Source: an uncultured bacterium (GTDB lineage Bacteria > Oederibacteriota > Oederibacteriia > Oederibacteriales > Oederibacteriaceae). Taken from it: a stretch of DNA of 64,000 nucleotides. Of this stretch, positions 10,207 through 19,909 are shown piece after piece. The notes under the pieces are model-generated. The model saw only the letters and a program-made list of their open reading frames with translations, ran no database searches and had not been told where the DNA came from. The DNA lies in contig OZ218778.1 of NCBI GenBank assembly GCA_965112635.1, positions 1,056,001 through 1,120,000 on the forward strand, read 5' to 3'. Numbering within the stretch: the first letter of the stretch is position 1; each line of letters begins with the position of its first letter. The position numbers and the translations under genes were made by a program.

Positions 10207-11934
10207 ATGAGCTACAAGGCGTTTGCGATACATTATAGACCGCAAAAATTAGAAGAGGTCGTGGGCCAGGATCATGTCAGCCAGACTTTAAGGAACGCGC
10301 TGGCAGCGGGACGAGTGCACCACGCTTACCTTTTCGCGGGGCCACGGGGAGTGGGCAAGACCTCCATGGCCAGGATCCTGAGCAAGGCGCTCAACTGTGA
10401 AAAGGGCCTAGGGCCGCAGCCCTGCAACGAGTGCCCCACCTGCCAGGAGATCACGCGGGGAGCCAGCATTGACGTGCTGGAGATCGACGCAGCCTCCAAC
10501 CGCGGGATTGACGACATCCGCGACATCAGCGACAGGGTCAAGTACGCGCCGGCCAAGAACCGCTACAAGGTCTACATCCTGGACGAAGCGCACATGCTCA
10601 CGGAGCAGGCCTTCAACGCTTTTTTAAAGACTTTGGAGGAGCCGCCGGCCCACCTCGTGTTCATCCTGGCCACCACCCAGCCGCACCAGTTCCCGGCCAC
10701 CATCCTGTCGCGCTGCCAGAGGTTCGATTTCCACCGCATCCCCCTGGAATTACTGGTCAAACAGCTCTCGGCCATCTGCGAAAAGGAAAAGATCGAGGCC
10801 GAGCCGGATGCCCTGGCCCTTTTGGGCCGCAGCGCCGAGGGGGGGATGAGGGACGCGGAGAGCCTTTTGGACCAGATGGTGGCGTATTGCGGGCAGAAGA
10901 TAACCCTGGCCGACACCATGCGGGTCCTCGGGCTCACGGGTCCGGAATTTCTGGTCCGGTTCACGGACACGCTGGTCAAAAAAGACGCCCCGGGAATGCT
11001 TAACCTCATCCACCAGATGATGGGAGAGGGCAAGGACCTGCACCATTTCATCCGGCAGTGGGTTGAGCACCTGCGGCAGCTTTTGATGCTGAATCTTGTG
11101 CCGGATATGGGCCGGGTCTGGGGCCTGCCCCAGAGCCATCTTGCTATTCTCAAGACCCAAGGTAAACAGTTTACGGAAGCCCAGCTGACCCGCATCATCG
11201 AAGAAGTCTACCGTTTGGAAGAGCATTTGGGCCGTTCGCCCTATCCGCAGATCCTGGTGGAAAATCTGGCCGTGAGGCTGACGCAGGGACACTGGGTGTC
11301 CCTGGGAGAAGTGATGGAAAAGCTGGAATCCTTAGGTCCGGGGATTGATCCGGGTGCCGCGGTCCAGCCTAGCCCTAGGCCGGCTTTAAAGAAGGATAAT
11401 CTACCGGCCAAACCGGAGGTTCCCGAAGAAGCCACCAGTGAAAATAACCAGGCTGACCTGACCATATCGGCGATCGAGGACGCACCTGACTCGGCGCAGC
11501 CTTTGACCTTGGACCGCATCCAGAACATCTGGCTCCAGGCCCTGGACGAGGTCCGGAAAGAGAACCTGGCTCTGCACGGGGTCCTGCGGGACGCCCAGCC
11601 CATCAAGCTTTTGGGCCAGCAGGTGGTGCTGGCGGTTAAGACCGTTTTCCACCGCACCCAGGTGGAAGAACGGCAGAACAAGAATGTCCTGGAAAAGGTT
11701 TTGACCGAAATCGTGAAGCAGCCGGTGACCGTGGCCTCGGAACTGCAAAGCCAGGCCCCAGACCGGCCCAGCGTGAAAAAACCGCCCGTCGATAACGCTC
11801 CGGAAAGGGCGCGGGTGGACCTGCAGGAGATCCTGAGTAAAGAGGCCAGTGTTAAAAAAGCGTTGGAGGTCTTTTCCGGGAGGGTGATCAAGGTGGAGAA
11901 ACAGACGCCGGATAAGCCGGCGAGGGAGGGCTGA
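10207..11934 (+). CDS. dnaX: DNA polymerase III subunit gamma/tau
   Basis: YRP, GPRGVGKT, Zn-binding Cys cluster, EIDAAS, DEAH and SRC motifs; ATG start at 10207. Confidence 0.97.
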   Translation: MSYKAFAIHYRPQKLEEVVGQDHVSQTLRNALAAGRVHHAYLFAGPRGVGKTSMARILSKALNCEKGLGPQPCNECPTCQEITRGASIDVLEIDAASNRGIDDIRDISDRVKYAPAKNRYKVYILDEAHMLTEQAFNAFLKTLEEPPAHLVFILATTQPHQFPATILSRCQRFDFHRIPLELLVKQLSAICEKEKIEAEPDALALLGRSAEGGMRDAESLLDQMVAYCGQKITLADTMRVLGLTGPEFLVRFTDTLVKKDAPGMLNLIHQMMGEGKDLHHFIRQWVEHLRQLLMLNLVPDMGRVWGLPQSHLAILKTQGKQFTEAQLTRIIEEVYRLEEHLGRSPYPQILVENLAVRLTQGHWVSLGEVMEKLESLGPGIDPGAAVQPSPRPALKKDNLPAKPEVPEEATSENNQADLTISAIEDAPDSAQPLTLDRIQNIWLQALDEVRKENLALHGVLRDAQPIKLLGQQVVLAVKTVFHRTQVEERQNKNVLEKVLTEIVKQPVTVASELQSQAPDRPSVKKPPVDNAPERARVDLQEILSKEASVKKALEVFSGRVIKVEKQTPDKPAREG

Positions 11935-11935
11935 C

Positions 11936-12244
11936 ATGGACATGATGGGCATGATGAAACAGGCCAGGGAGCTGCAGGCCAAGATGGCCAAACTCAAGGA
12001 CGAGTTGGGGGCCAAGACCGTGGAAGCCACCAGCGGAGGAGGGGCCGTCAAGGTCGTGGCCAACGGGCAGAACCAGGTGGTCAAGGTGACCATTGATCCG
12101 GCCCTTTTAAAGGACGCCGACGCAGGGATGCTAGAGGACCTTGTGCTGACCGCCGTCAACCAGGCCCTCAACCAGGCCCAGGAGCTGGCCGCCAAAGAGA
12201 TGACCAGGCTGACCGGCGGCATGCTTCCGCCGGGGCTTTTTTAG
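11936..12244 (+). CDS. ybaB: YbaB/EbfC nucleoid-associated protein
   Basis: MMKQARELQ, SGGGAVKV and LEDLVLTAVN; dnaX-ybaB-recR synteny. Confidence 0.95.
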   Translation: MDMMGMMKQARELQAKMAKLKDELGAKTVEATSGGGAVKVVANGQNQVVKVTIDPALLKDADAGMLEDLVLTAVNQALNQAQELAAKEMTRLTGGMLPPGLF

Positions 12245-12246
12245 CC

Positions 12247-12846
12247 ATGTTCGAGTTTCCGCCGTCCTTACAAAAGCTTTTGGGCGAACTGCAAAAGCTG
12301 CCGGGGGTGGGACCCAAAAGCGCCCAGCGCCTGGCTTTTTATCTTTTAAAAAAACCCAGGCAGGAGCCCCTGAGCCTGGCCTCGTCCATTCAGGAGGCCG
12401 TGGCCAAGATCCGGAGATGCTCCCGGTGCTTCAACCTCACGGACAGCGACACCTGCAGTTTGTGCAACGACAGCGCCAGGGACGGCTCTCTTATATGCGT
12501 GGTGGAACAGGTGAGCGACCTGATGGCCATGGAACGCACCGGTCAGTACCACGGGCTTTATCACGTGCTGGAGGGCGCACTTTCACCCATGGAAGGCAAA
12601 GGCCCGGACGAGATCAGGATCTCGGAACTGCTCAAGCGGCTCCAAAAAAGCAAGTTCAAGGAAGTGATCCTGGCCATGAACCCGGATGTGGAGGGAGAGG
12701 CCACGGCGCTCTACCTGATGAAACAGCTCAAGCCGCTGGGTGTCAAGGTGACCCGGCTGGCTTACGGCCTGCCGGCCGGAGGCAACCTGGAATACGCAGA
12801 CGAAGTCACCTTAATGAGGTCGCTGGAAGGCAGACGCGAAGTCTAG
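12247..12846 (+). CDS. recR: Recombination mediator RecR
   Basis: LPGVGPKSAQRLA HhH, C4 zinc finger, Toprim domain (EGEATA). Confidence 0.97.
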   Translation: MFEFPPSLQKLLGELQKLPGVGPKSAQRLAFYLLKKPRQEPLSLASSIQEAVAKIRRCSRCFNLTDSDTCSLCNDSARDGSLICVVEQVSDLMAMERTGQYHGLYHVLEGALSPMEGKGPDEIRISELLKRLQKSKFKEVILAMNPDVEGEATALYLMKQLKPLGVKVTRLAYGLPAGGNLEYADEVTLMRSLEGRREV

Positions 12847-12865
12847 AATTAATTCGGGAGGAAGA

Positions 12866-13570
12866 ATGAGCAAAAAAGGAAAAGGATCGACGATCAAGAC
12901 CGTTTCGGAGACCAGCATCATGGACGAGGTTTTTGAACTTTTGGAAAAGATTGTTCCGGAGGCCAGGCCGCGGGTCATCAGCTGGGTCTGCGCCAAGTTC
13001 AACATCCGCTCTTTGCCGCAAACCCACCTGGCCGGAACCCCGGGCAGGACCAGCGAGGGTTTTGCGCTGGCCCCCTCGGCCCTGGCTCCAAAGCCCCAAC
13101 CAGCCGCCAAGTCGAAACCCAGGCCGGCCCCGCTCATCAAGCAGTATCCGGTGGCTGAAAAGGCCGAAGAGTCTGTGGTGGACAAAAAAGAACTAGCCAA
13201 AGCCGCCAAAGATTTCAAGGACATCGCCAAGGCGGACAAAAAACAGGTCAGGCTCAAAGTTTCGGACCTCAAGGCGCACGACCCCAAGGATATGGTGTTC
13301 AGGGTCGCCTACCTTTTTTGCACTATGAGGAAAAATCTGCTGGGCTTGGAGCTGACCCCCAAGGAAACCCTCTACGAACAGATCAAAAAGCTCAAGGCCT
13401 TTGACGAGAACACCGAGGTTTTTATCCTGAACAATAATTTCCTGGTCAAGGAGAACGACAATATCCGCCTCACTCCGGCCGTGGAAGGCATGGCCCGCCT
13501 CATCATCAACGAGATACGGGACAAAAAGGTCAAGGGTGAGTGGAAGCCAAAGAAGGGAAAGAAGAAATAA
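12866..13570 (+). CDS. Hypothetical basic protein
   Basis: 234-aa ORF with RBS GGAGG, host-like codon usage, followed by a terminator. Confidence 0.75.
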   Translation: MSKKGKGSTIKTVSETSIMDEVFELLEKIVPEARPRVISWVCAKFNIRSLPQTHLAGTPGRTSEGFALAPSALAPKPQPAAKSKPRPAPLIKQYPVAEKAEESVVDKKELAKAAKDFKDIAKADKKQVRLKVSDLKAHDPKDMVFRVAYLFCTMRKNLLGLELTPKETLYEQIKKLKAFDENTEVFILNNNFLVKENDNIRLTPAVEGMARLIINEIRDKKVKGEWKPKKGKKK

Positions 13571-13579
13571 GATATCCTG

Positions 13580-13626
13580 AAAACGAAAAAGCCCTTGGTG
13601 ATTTTCCGCCAGGGGCTTTTTGTTTT
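13580..13626. terminator. Bidirectional intrinsic terminator
   Basis: AAAAAGCCCTTGG...CCAGGGGCTTTTT between convergent genes. Confidence 0.85.
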
Positions 13627-13645
13627 AATAAACTAACGGGAAAGG

Positions 13646-14557
13646 TCAGCGGGTCACGTATTTTTTGAATTTCTCGAACTTGTCAAAAGGGCGCTTGTCC
13701 ATGGACACGCGGCCGTATTTTTTGAGGACCATTTTTTCCTGGCCGGTCGGTTCCAACAGGTAACTGGAGGGAGTGAACTGGTCCAGGCGGATGCCCTGTT
13801 TCTGCAGCTTATGGAACCTGCTGCGGATGGCCGGGAGCGAAAGCTTGTGATGGCTGGCCAGGCGGTAAGTCCAGCCCATGCCAAAGCAGGGCATATCCAC
13901 CCGGGCCGTGAGCGTGTGAGCGTAGACCGAAGTCAGGGTTTTCAAAATGGTGGCAAAGGACTCCGGGAAAAGGTTGTAGTTGTCCGTGTGGATGCTGAGG
14001 ATGCCCCGGGGCGTCAGCCGACGGGAGGTCAGCTGGTAGAACTCCCTGGTGTAGAGCATTTTCGAGGGGCCGTGGGGCTCGGTCAGGTCCACGATAAGGC
14101 AGTCGAAACGCTCGGGGTGCCGTTCCAGATAGGCCCGGGCGTCCTCGTAAACGATAGCGATCCTGCGGTCGGCCAGGGCACGGCGCACGGCCGGGTAATG
14201 CTTGCGGCAAAAATCCACCACTCCCTTGTCGATCTCAACCATGAGGATGCGGCGGAGAGACCTGTGCTTGGCCGCCTCTTCTAGGCCGAAACAGTCCCCG
14301 CCGCCGATGATGCAGACGCTCTTGGGGTCGGGGTGGGCCAGTAGGGGAGCGTCCACCAAGTATTGGTGGTAGCGGTCCTCATCCATCTCGGAAATTTGGA
14401 TCTTGCCATCCAGGAAAAGAAGAGTGCCCAAGGTCTTGTTCTTCCAGATTTCCATTTTTTGATAATGTGTTTTCCCGGCATAAAGCCTGTCGCCGGAATA
14501 GGTGTGCCCAAAGTCATCGGTCACCCATTCAGTATGCGGATGTCTGGCTGCGGCCAC
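13646..14557 (-). CDS. speE: Polyamine aminopropyltransferase (spermidine synthase family)
   Basis: LFLDGKIQ, YHQ, IIGGGD, VEID, DLTEP and LYTREFY motifs. Confidence 0.88.
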   Translation of the reverse strand: MAAARHPHTEWVTDDFGHTYSGDRLYAGKTHYQKMEIWKNKTLGTLLFLDGKIQISEMDEDRYHQYLVDAPLLAHPDPKSVCIIGGGDCFGLEEAAKHRSLRRILMVEIDKGVVDFCRKHYPAVRRALADRRIAIVYEDARAYLERHPERFDCLIVDLTEPHGPSKMLYTREFYQLTSRRLTPRGILSIHTDNYNLFPESFATILKTLTSVYAHTLTARVDMPCFGMGWTYRLASHHKLSLPAIRSRFHKLQKQGIRLDQFTPSSYLLEPTGQEKMVLKKYGRVSMDKRPFDKFEKFKKYVTR

Positions 14558-14677
14558 GAGGTCGCTCTCCTTTTTTCAAAAAATCGATTCGATTTAGTGG
14601 TGCATTTTAGCACTCCGGAACTCGAGCGCAAGGGGTATTTTAGCCCTTTTGGGTCCGGAAGACGGAGCCCCGATATA

Positions 14678-14708
14678 TTGACATATTTAGATATCGTGAT
14701 ATGATAAT
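14678..14708 (+). promoter_or_regulatory. Promoter with overlapping imperfect palindrome, a likely ArsR/SmtB operator
   Basis: TTGACA at 14678; CATATTTAGATATCGTGATATG (14682-14703) matches its reverse complement at 16/22 positions. Confidence 0.55.
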
Positions 14709-14713
14709 ATATC

Positions 14714-15049
14714 ATGAAGAAGAAAACCGGAGCCATGAACAGGGCAGAACTCGGAGCCATGTTTTTCAAGGGTTTTTCAGACCCGACGAGGCTGTCCATC
14801 CTCGAATACCTGAGCGAGGGGGAGCGGTCCGTGAACGACATCGCCAGCCACCTGGGGATGCGCCAGTCCTGCGTGTCCAACCACCTGGCCTGCATGAGGC
14901 ACTGTCATTTTGTCACGGCCCGGCAGGAAGGCCGGAAGGTCTATTATAGCGTACAGCATCCGGACATCCGGAGCATCCTCAAGCTAGGCGAAAGAATCGT
15001 CAAGCAACACGCCCTGGAACTGGCGCGCTGCACCAATCAGATCAAATGA
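14714..15049 (+). CDS. ArsR/SmtB metalloregulator, CmtR-like
   Basis: FKGFSDPTRLSIL, VSNHLACMRHC, EGRKVYY and a C-terminal Cys; start could also be 14735. Confidence 0.92.
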   Translation: MKKKTGAMNRAELGAMFFKGFSDPTRLSILEYLSEGERSVNDIASHLGMRQSCVSNHLACMRHCHFVTARQEGRKVYYSVQHPDIRSILKLGERIVKQHALELARCTNQIK

Positions 15050-15074
15050 AACAATAAGCGGGAGGTGATAACGA

Positions 15075-15104
15075 ATGGGTCCGAAGAAACCTTGTGGTTG
15101 CTAA
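15075..15104 (+). CDS. Putative 9-aa Cys-rich micropeptide MGPKKPCGC
   Basis: Near-perfect SD GGAGGTGA at 15061-15068, ATG at 15075, TAA at 15102-15104; only ORF between arsR and the terminator. Confidence 0.5.
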   Translation: MGPKKPCGC

Positions 15105-15160
15105 GTGTTAAAGAATTCTAGCCATAGGCTCAAAACGTTATGGCTGGAGGGAATATAAAC

Positions 15161-15218
15161 CTACCCCGGGTCAGCCACCTTTCCGTCCCTTCCAGGATGA
15201 CCCGGGGTAGCTGTTTTT
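15161..15218 (+). terminator. Intrinsic terminator-like stem ending the arsR unit
   Basis: 13-bp inverted repeat CTACCCCGGGTCA/TGACCCGGGGTAG followed by CTGTTTTT. Confidence 0.7.
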
Positions 15219-15241
15219 ATGCTCTTGCTTGTTTTATACCG

Positions 15242-16333
15242 TTAGCGGAAGTTAAAGATGAAACCGCCTCCTAGACGGACCACTTTTTGAGCAGTGACAG
15301 GGGAAACGCAGCCCAGGGAAAAGTAACGGTCGTTCAATGATTTGGCTATAGGATGCAAACCCTGGAGGCAATAGAGTTTTTCCAAAGGTAGCTTCAGGCG
15401 AACAGCCCTGGATAGGCCTTTCCTGAAAAAGACAGGAGCCTGGTCCAGGCGGTTCTGGGCCAGGGACAAATTAGCCAGCCCCAAGTCCACATAGACCAGT
15501 CCCCTATTGTCCTGAACAGATGAAAACAAGCGTTTCATACGGGCGATCGCCGTCCGGCTGGAAGAAAATTGGGCGCTACCCATATAAAGCATCGCCAAAG
15601 TAAAGTAGGTATAGCCCACGTTGACCCGGTCTCCCTGGGCAAGATAGCGCCGGATGGAAAGTTTGGTCCAGGCCAAAGCGTTTTTGGTCCGACCCAGAAT
15701 CCTGAAAGCGTTGCCGATACCGCAGCTGGAATAAGCCAGCCCGAAGGGGTTTTTGAGTTTGTTGAATAAACGGCAGGCCTGCTGGTAGCAAAGAAGGGAA
15801 GAGCGGGCATCACCCCGGACGCGGTTTATTCCTCCCAAGCCGCACAGGCCGTAAGCCACCCCTTCCTCGTATCCCAGCCGTTTGGCCAAACCCAGGGCAT
15901 GCCTGAAAAATTTAGCAGAGTGATCCAGCCGGCCGCACAGGCGCAGGGTGCCGGCCAAAAACCAGAGGCTGTGGAACAACCCAAAGCGGTCGTGCTGACG
16001 GCCATACTGGACCACGGACCTTTCCAAAAGGCGGCAGGCCTCCTCATATTTTTCCTGGCCGCGCAGGCTCATGGCCAGACCCACCTGAGCGTCCAGGACC
16101 GACGCCTTGTCTTTGTGGACGCGGCTGAGTTGGAGGGCTTGACGGTAATATCGGCCGGCTTCCTTAAACCGGGCCAGCATGCGCAAGCCATGGCCAAGAC
16201 CCAGCAGGGCCCGCAGACGCTGGGCAGGACTAGCCGGCCGGGCCAGTACCTTTTTATAAACACGGCAGGCAGCCGCATAGTGGACTTGGTCCAAGTTTTC
16301 GCCTGCCTGCTCCAGCAATTTTACGGGTTTCAC
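15242..16333 (-). CDS. Tetratricopeptide repeat protein (MalT/Rap-like long TPRs)
   Basis: Repeated ~40-aa helical units (AYGLCGLG, AYSSCGIG, YxQAL). Confidence 0.8.
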   Translation of the reverse strand: MKPVKLLEQAGENLDQVHYAAACRVYKKVLARPASPAQRLRALLGLGHGLRMLARFKEAGRYYRQALQLSRVHKDKASVLDAQVGLAMSLRGQEKYEEACRLLERSVVQYGRQHDRFGLFHSLWFLAGTLRLCGRLDHSAKFFRHALGLAKRLGYEEGVAYGLCGLGGINRVRGDARSSLLCYQQACRLFNKLKNPFGLAYSSCGIGNAFRILGRTKNALAWTKLSIRRYLAQGDRVNVGYTYFTLAMLYMGSAQFSSSRTAIARMKRLFSSVQDNRGLVYVDLGLANLSLAQNRLDQAPVFFRKGLSRAVRLKLPLEKLYCLQGLHPIAKSLNDRYFSLGCVSPVTAQKVVRLGGGFIFNFR

Positions 16334-16449
16334 ACTTTAACCTTTCCACCCAAATTTAGAGTCCAGCATAGCATACTATCCGTTATAGCTTTCATGGGTT
16401 TGGCACAAAAAGGGCTGTGGTATAAAGGAAACTAGCCAGCCCCCCTTGA

Positions 16450-16478
16450 TTGCTTGACACCTGGAAATGTTCTATAAT
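16450..16478 (+). promoter_or_regulatory. Sigma70-type promoter for the DUF5107 gene
   Basis: TTGCTT-N17-TATAAT. Confidence 0.55.
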
Positions 16479-16510
16479 ACCGCCTTAATTATCTTAGGAA
16501 AGGCAATCCC

Positions 16511-16582
16511 ATGCTTGTAAATTCCTACTATTTTTCCAACAACGGCTACCACAGGGAACCCCCGCCCGGTTATTTTCTGTGA
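16511..16582 (+). CDS. Possible leader peptide MLVNSYYFSNNGYHREPPPGYFL
   Basis: AGGAAAGG SD just after the predicted TSS; stop 66 nt before the next gene. Confidence 0.35.
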   Translation: MLVNSYYFSNNGYHREPPPGYFL

Positions 16583-16648
16583 GCCTTACCAGACCCAGTT
16601 TTTCCTCGGTAACAGTTTAAATCGGCAATAAAAAAAGGGAGTCAGTAA

Positions 16649-19600
16649 ATGAATACATCCAAAGTCAAGGAAACAGGTGTCAAGCTCTATAACAAAAAAA
16701 TAGTCCTGCCTACTTACCGCATCGGCAAGCCGGACCGCAACCCGGTCTTTTCCATGGGCATGATGTATAACCTTATATATCCTTTCACGCTCCAGGATAA
16801 GCTGACGGACCATAAGCACAACAAAGCCTACAACTTTGTCATCCTGGAGAACGAATACATCAAAGTGTTCATTTTGCCGGAGCTAGGAGGACGCATCCAT
16901 GGCGCCCGGGACAAAACCAACGGGTATGACTTCCTCTACTACCAGCATCAGGTCAAACCAGGCTTGGTCTCTTTTACCGGCGCCTGGTTGTCCGGGGGCA
17001 TTGAATGGAATTTTCCCATCGGCCATAGGGCCAGCGGTTTCAGGCCCATCGACAGCTGGACCCAGGAAAACCCGGACGGGAGCAAGACCGTGTGGGTCGG
17101 CGAGACCGACTTGGTAAGCCGCATGCGCTGGATCGTGGGGACCACGGTGTTCCCAGGCAAGACCACCATTGAAACCACCGGCAGGCTGATCAACACGACA
17201 AGCCACCTGGGTTCCTTCTGGTGGTGGGCTACGGCAGCGGTCCACGCCACTCCGGAATACCAGATCGTCATGCCGGGCGAGATCGTCAGCGGGCATGACA
17301 AGCAGAATTTCCAGTATTTCCCCGTACACAAAGGGGTAGATTGCAGCTATTGGAAGAACCTGCCCTACGCCAACTCCTTTTTCGCGTGGGATGGCCGCCA
17401 TAAGGATTTTTACGGCGGTTACAGCCATGATAAAAAAGGCGGGTTCATGCACTGGGCGGACCACCATTATGTCCCAGGCAAGAAGCTGTGGACCTGGGGC
17501 ACCGCGCCCAGCGGCAGGCTGTGGGACAGGATCTTGACGGACATCGACGGGCCTTATTTTGAACCGCAAGCCGGAGGGTTTTCCGACAACCAGCCTGATT
17601 TCCATTGGCTGGAACCCGGCGAGGTCAAGACCCTCACCCATTACTGGTTCCCCATCCGGGATATCCAGGGAGCCAAGAACGCCAACCTGGACGCCGTACT
17701 CAACCTGGAAGTCAAGGAAAGCGGGGACGTTCTGGTGGGATTGAACACGACCAAGCTGTGCCGGAGCCACCGGGTCGTTCTCAAGCAAAAAGGAGTGATC
17801 CTGCTGGACGAAGAAGTGGAGATCAGCCCGGCCAAGCCTTATGTGCGGGAACTCAAGGTCCAAAAAGGTAGCAAAGCCTGGGATTTCAGGCTGGCCCTGC
17901 TGGACCAAAAGAAACGGGAGGTCATTGCCTACCAACCCGAGGCGCCGCATCCCCAGCCAGCCTTGCCCACCGGCACCCCGGCGCTCCAGCCGCCCGAAAA
18001 GGTGGCCTCCGTGGACGAGCTGGTGACCGTGGGCCTCAATCTGGAAAAATTCAAAGAGATGCAGCGCGCCATGCCCTATTACCAAGAGGTGTTAAAACGC
18101 GACCCCAAGGACGTGCGGACCAACGTCGCCCTGGGACGCAGGAAGTACTGGGAGCTCTGCTACAAGGAAATGGAGCAGTATATGCGCACGGCCCTGGAAA
18201 GGGACCGCGCCTGCGGGGACGCCTATTTCGGGCTGGGGTTGGCTTTGGAAGCCCAGGGCAAAACCTTAGAAGCCCTGGACCAGTTCTACCGCGCCACCTA
18301 TGAACTCAAAGTGTCAGGGGCTTCTTTCCAAAAGGTCGCCGAACTGGAGACCAAACTGGGCAATTTTTCCAAGGCCCTTATGATGGCCAAGGAGGCTGTG
18401 CTCCGCAACGGCCGCAACACCCGGGCCTATATCCTGCAGGCGGCCCTGCTGCGGCGCCAGGGCAAGATGCGGGAAGCGCTCGAGGCGGGCCAGGCCAGTG
18501 CCAAGGTCGACCCCCTGGATATGCTGGCACCGTTCATGATGGATTACACTTATACCACCATGGGAGACATCCCCAATGCCAAGATCATGTGGCAGCGGCT
18601 GCAGGACGTTTCCCGCAACGACCCCTTCAACTTTTTGGAGGCGGCCGTATTTTTCATTGAGGCCGGTCTGTATGAAGAAGCCGAGATCCTCTTGAAAGAC
18701 CATCTGACCCTGCTCAAAAAATCAGAGGCCTACGCGCTTATCCACTATTACATGGCCTATGTCCAGCATCGTCTGGGCCGCGAAGAAGAGGCCAAGCAGT
18801 GGCTCAGCCGGGGTAAAAAGGCCAGCCCGGAATACGTTTTTCCCAACCGTCTGATGGACGGCGAAGTGCTGCAGTATGCCCTGAGCGTGGACGCCCAGGA
18901 CGGGTCAGCCAACTATTATTTGGGCAACCTGTTCTTTGCCCACACCCAACAGGCACGGGCCATTAAATGCTGGGAAAAAGCCGCCAAAAAGCTGCGCACT
19001 TTCCCGGTGGTCCACCGCAATCTGGGCGCTGCCTACCGCTCAGCCAAAAAGTACCAAAAAGCCAAACAATGCTACGAGCAGGCCATCCGCTGTGACAGCC
19101 AGGACCCCCGTTTCCACCAGGAATTGGACATGGTCATGGAAGAGAGCAAGGCGCCGCGGCTAGCCAGGCTCAAACATCTGGCCAAATACAAAAAGGTCCT
19201 CAATACCTGGGACCCGGCCCTGAGCCGTTACGTGAAACTGTGCTTTGAATGCGGGGAGATGGACGAAGCGATCTATTACCTGAAATCGCACCATTTCCAC
19301 AGCTGGGAAGGCCAGTACTGGATCTACGATATTTATTATGAGTCCCTGCGCGAACGCGCCGTGGTCTACCAGAAAAAGAACAAATTGTCGCTGGCCCTGG
19401 CGGACCTGGAGGCCGCTGTCCTCTATCCGGAAAACCTGGAAGTGGCGCCGGCGTTAAAAGACACCCATGCCCACATCACCTTCCAGATGGGAGAGGTCTA
19501 TCAGGCCATGGCTAACCAGGCCAAAGCCAAGGAGTGCTTCGAAAAGATAGTCAAGGAAGACCACCCGGACGAATCAGCCGGGGTGTATTTCCAGGCCAAA

Positions 19601-19909
19601 GCCTTGGATGCCCTGGGCAAGCCTAAGCAAGCCAGGATCAAATACCTGTCCCTTATCCGTTGGGGCACAGCCAGGGCGAAAAAAGAAGAGAAACTTTTGC
19701 GGTATTTGGGACAACGCAATCCCTTTTTGATCAATTTTCCCAGCCACCCGGCCATGGGGTTGTACCAGCAGTATCTGGGATGGAGCGGGTTGGGCCAGAA
19801 CGGGAAGGCCCAACAGGCGCTCAAAAAGGCCCTGAAGAGGGAGCCCGAAGTAGCCCGGGCCGCGGTCTGGGAAATGCGTTTTCTGTATGTCCGCAGGAAA
19901 TGGTTTTAA
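16649..19909 (+). CDS. DUF5107-domain protein with C-terminal TPR repeats
   Basis: LENEYIKVFILPELGGRI, WLSGGIEWNFP and GKKLWTWG motifs; TPR-rich C-terminal half. Confidence 0.88.
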   Translation: MNTSKVKETGVKLYNKKIVLPTYRIGKPDRNPVFSMGMMYNLIYPFTLQDKLTDHKHNKAYNFVILENEYIKVFILPELGGRIHGARDKTNGYDFLYYQHQVKPGLVSFTGAWLSGGIEWNFPIGHRASGFRPIDSWTQENPDGSKTVWVGETDLVSRMRWIVGTTVFPGKTTIETTGRLINTTSHLGSFWWWATAAVHATPEYQIVMPGEIVSGHDKQNFQYFPVHKGVDCSYWKNLPYANSFFAWDGRHKDFYGGYSHDKKGGFMHWADHHYVPGKKLWTWGTAPSGRLWDRILTDIDGPYFEPQAGGFSDNQPDFHWLEPGEVKTLTHYWFPIRDIQGAKNANLDAVLNLEVKESGDVLVGLNTTKLCRSHRVVLKQKGVILLDEEVEISPAKPYVRELKVQKGSKAWDFRLALLDQKKREVIAYQPEAPHPQPALPTGTPALQPPEKVASVDELVTVGLNLEKFKEMQRAMPYYQEVLKRDPKDVRTNVALGRRKYWELCYKEMEQYMRTALERDRACGDAYFGLGLALEAQGKTLEALDQFYRATYELKVSGASFQKVAELETKLGNFSKALMMAKEAVLRNGRNTRAYILQAALLRRQGKMREALEAGQASAKVDPLDMLAPFMMDYTYTTMGDIPNAKIMWQRLQDVSRNDPFNFLEAAVFFIEAGLYEEAEILLKDHLTLLKKSEAYALIHYYMAYVQHRLGREEEAKQWLSRGKKASPEYVFPNRLMDGEVLQYALSVDAQDGSANYYLGNLFFAHTQQARAIKCWEKAAKKLRTFPVVHRNLGAAYRSAKKYQKAKQCYEQAIRCDSQDPRFHQELDMVMEESKAPRLARLKHLAKYKKVLNTWDPALSRYVKLCFECGEMDEAIYYLKSHHFHSWEGQYWIYDIYYESLRERAVVYQKKNKLSLALADLEAAVLYPENLEVAPALKDTHAHITFQMGEVYQAMANQAKAKECFEKIVKEDHPDESAGVYFQAKALDALGKPKQARIKYLSLIRWGTARAKKEEKLLRYLGQRNPFLINFPSHPAMGLYQQYLGWSGLGQNGKAQQALKKALKREPEVARAAVWEMRFLYVRRKWF

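Noticed and set aside
10207-11934. Programmed -1 frameshift in dnaX (gamma/tau)
   Set aside because: No in-frame A-AAA-AAG slippery site with a downstream hairpin, and no long A-run, seen after domain III
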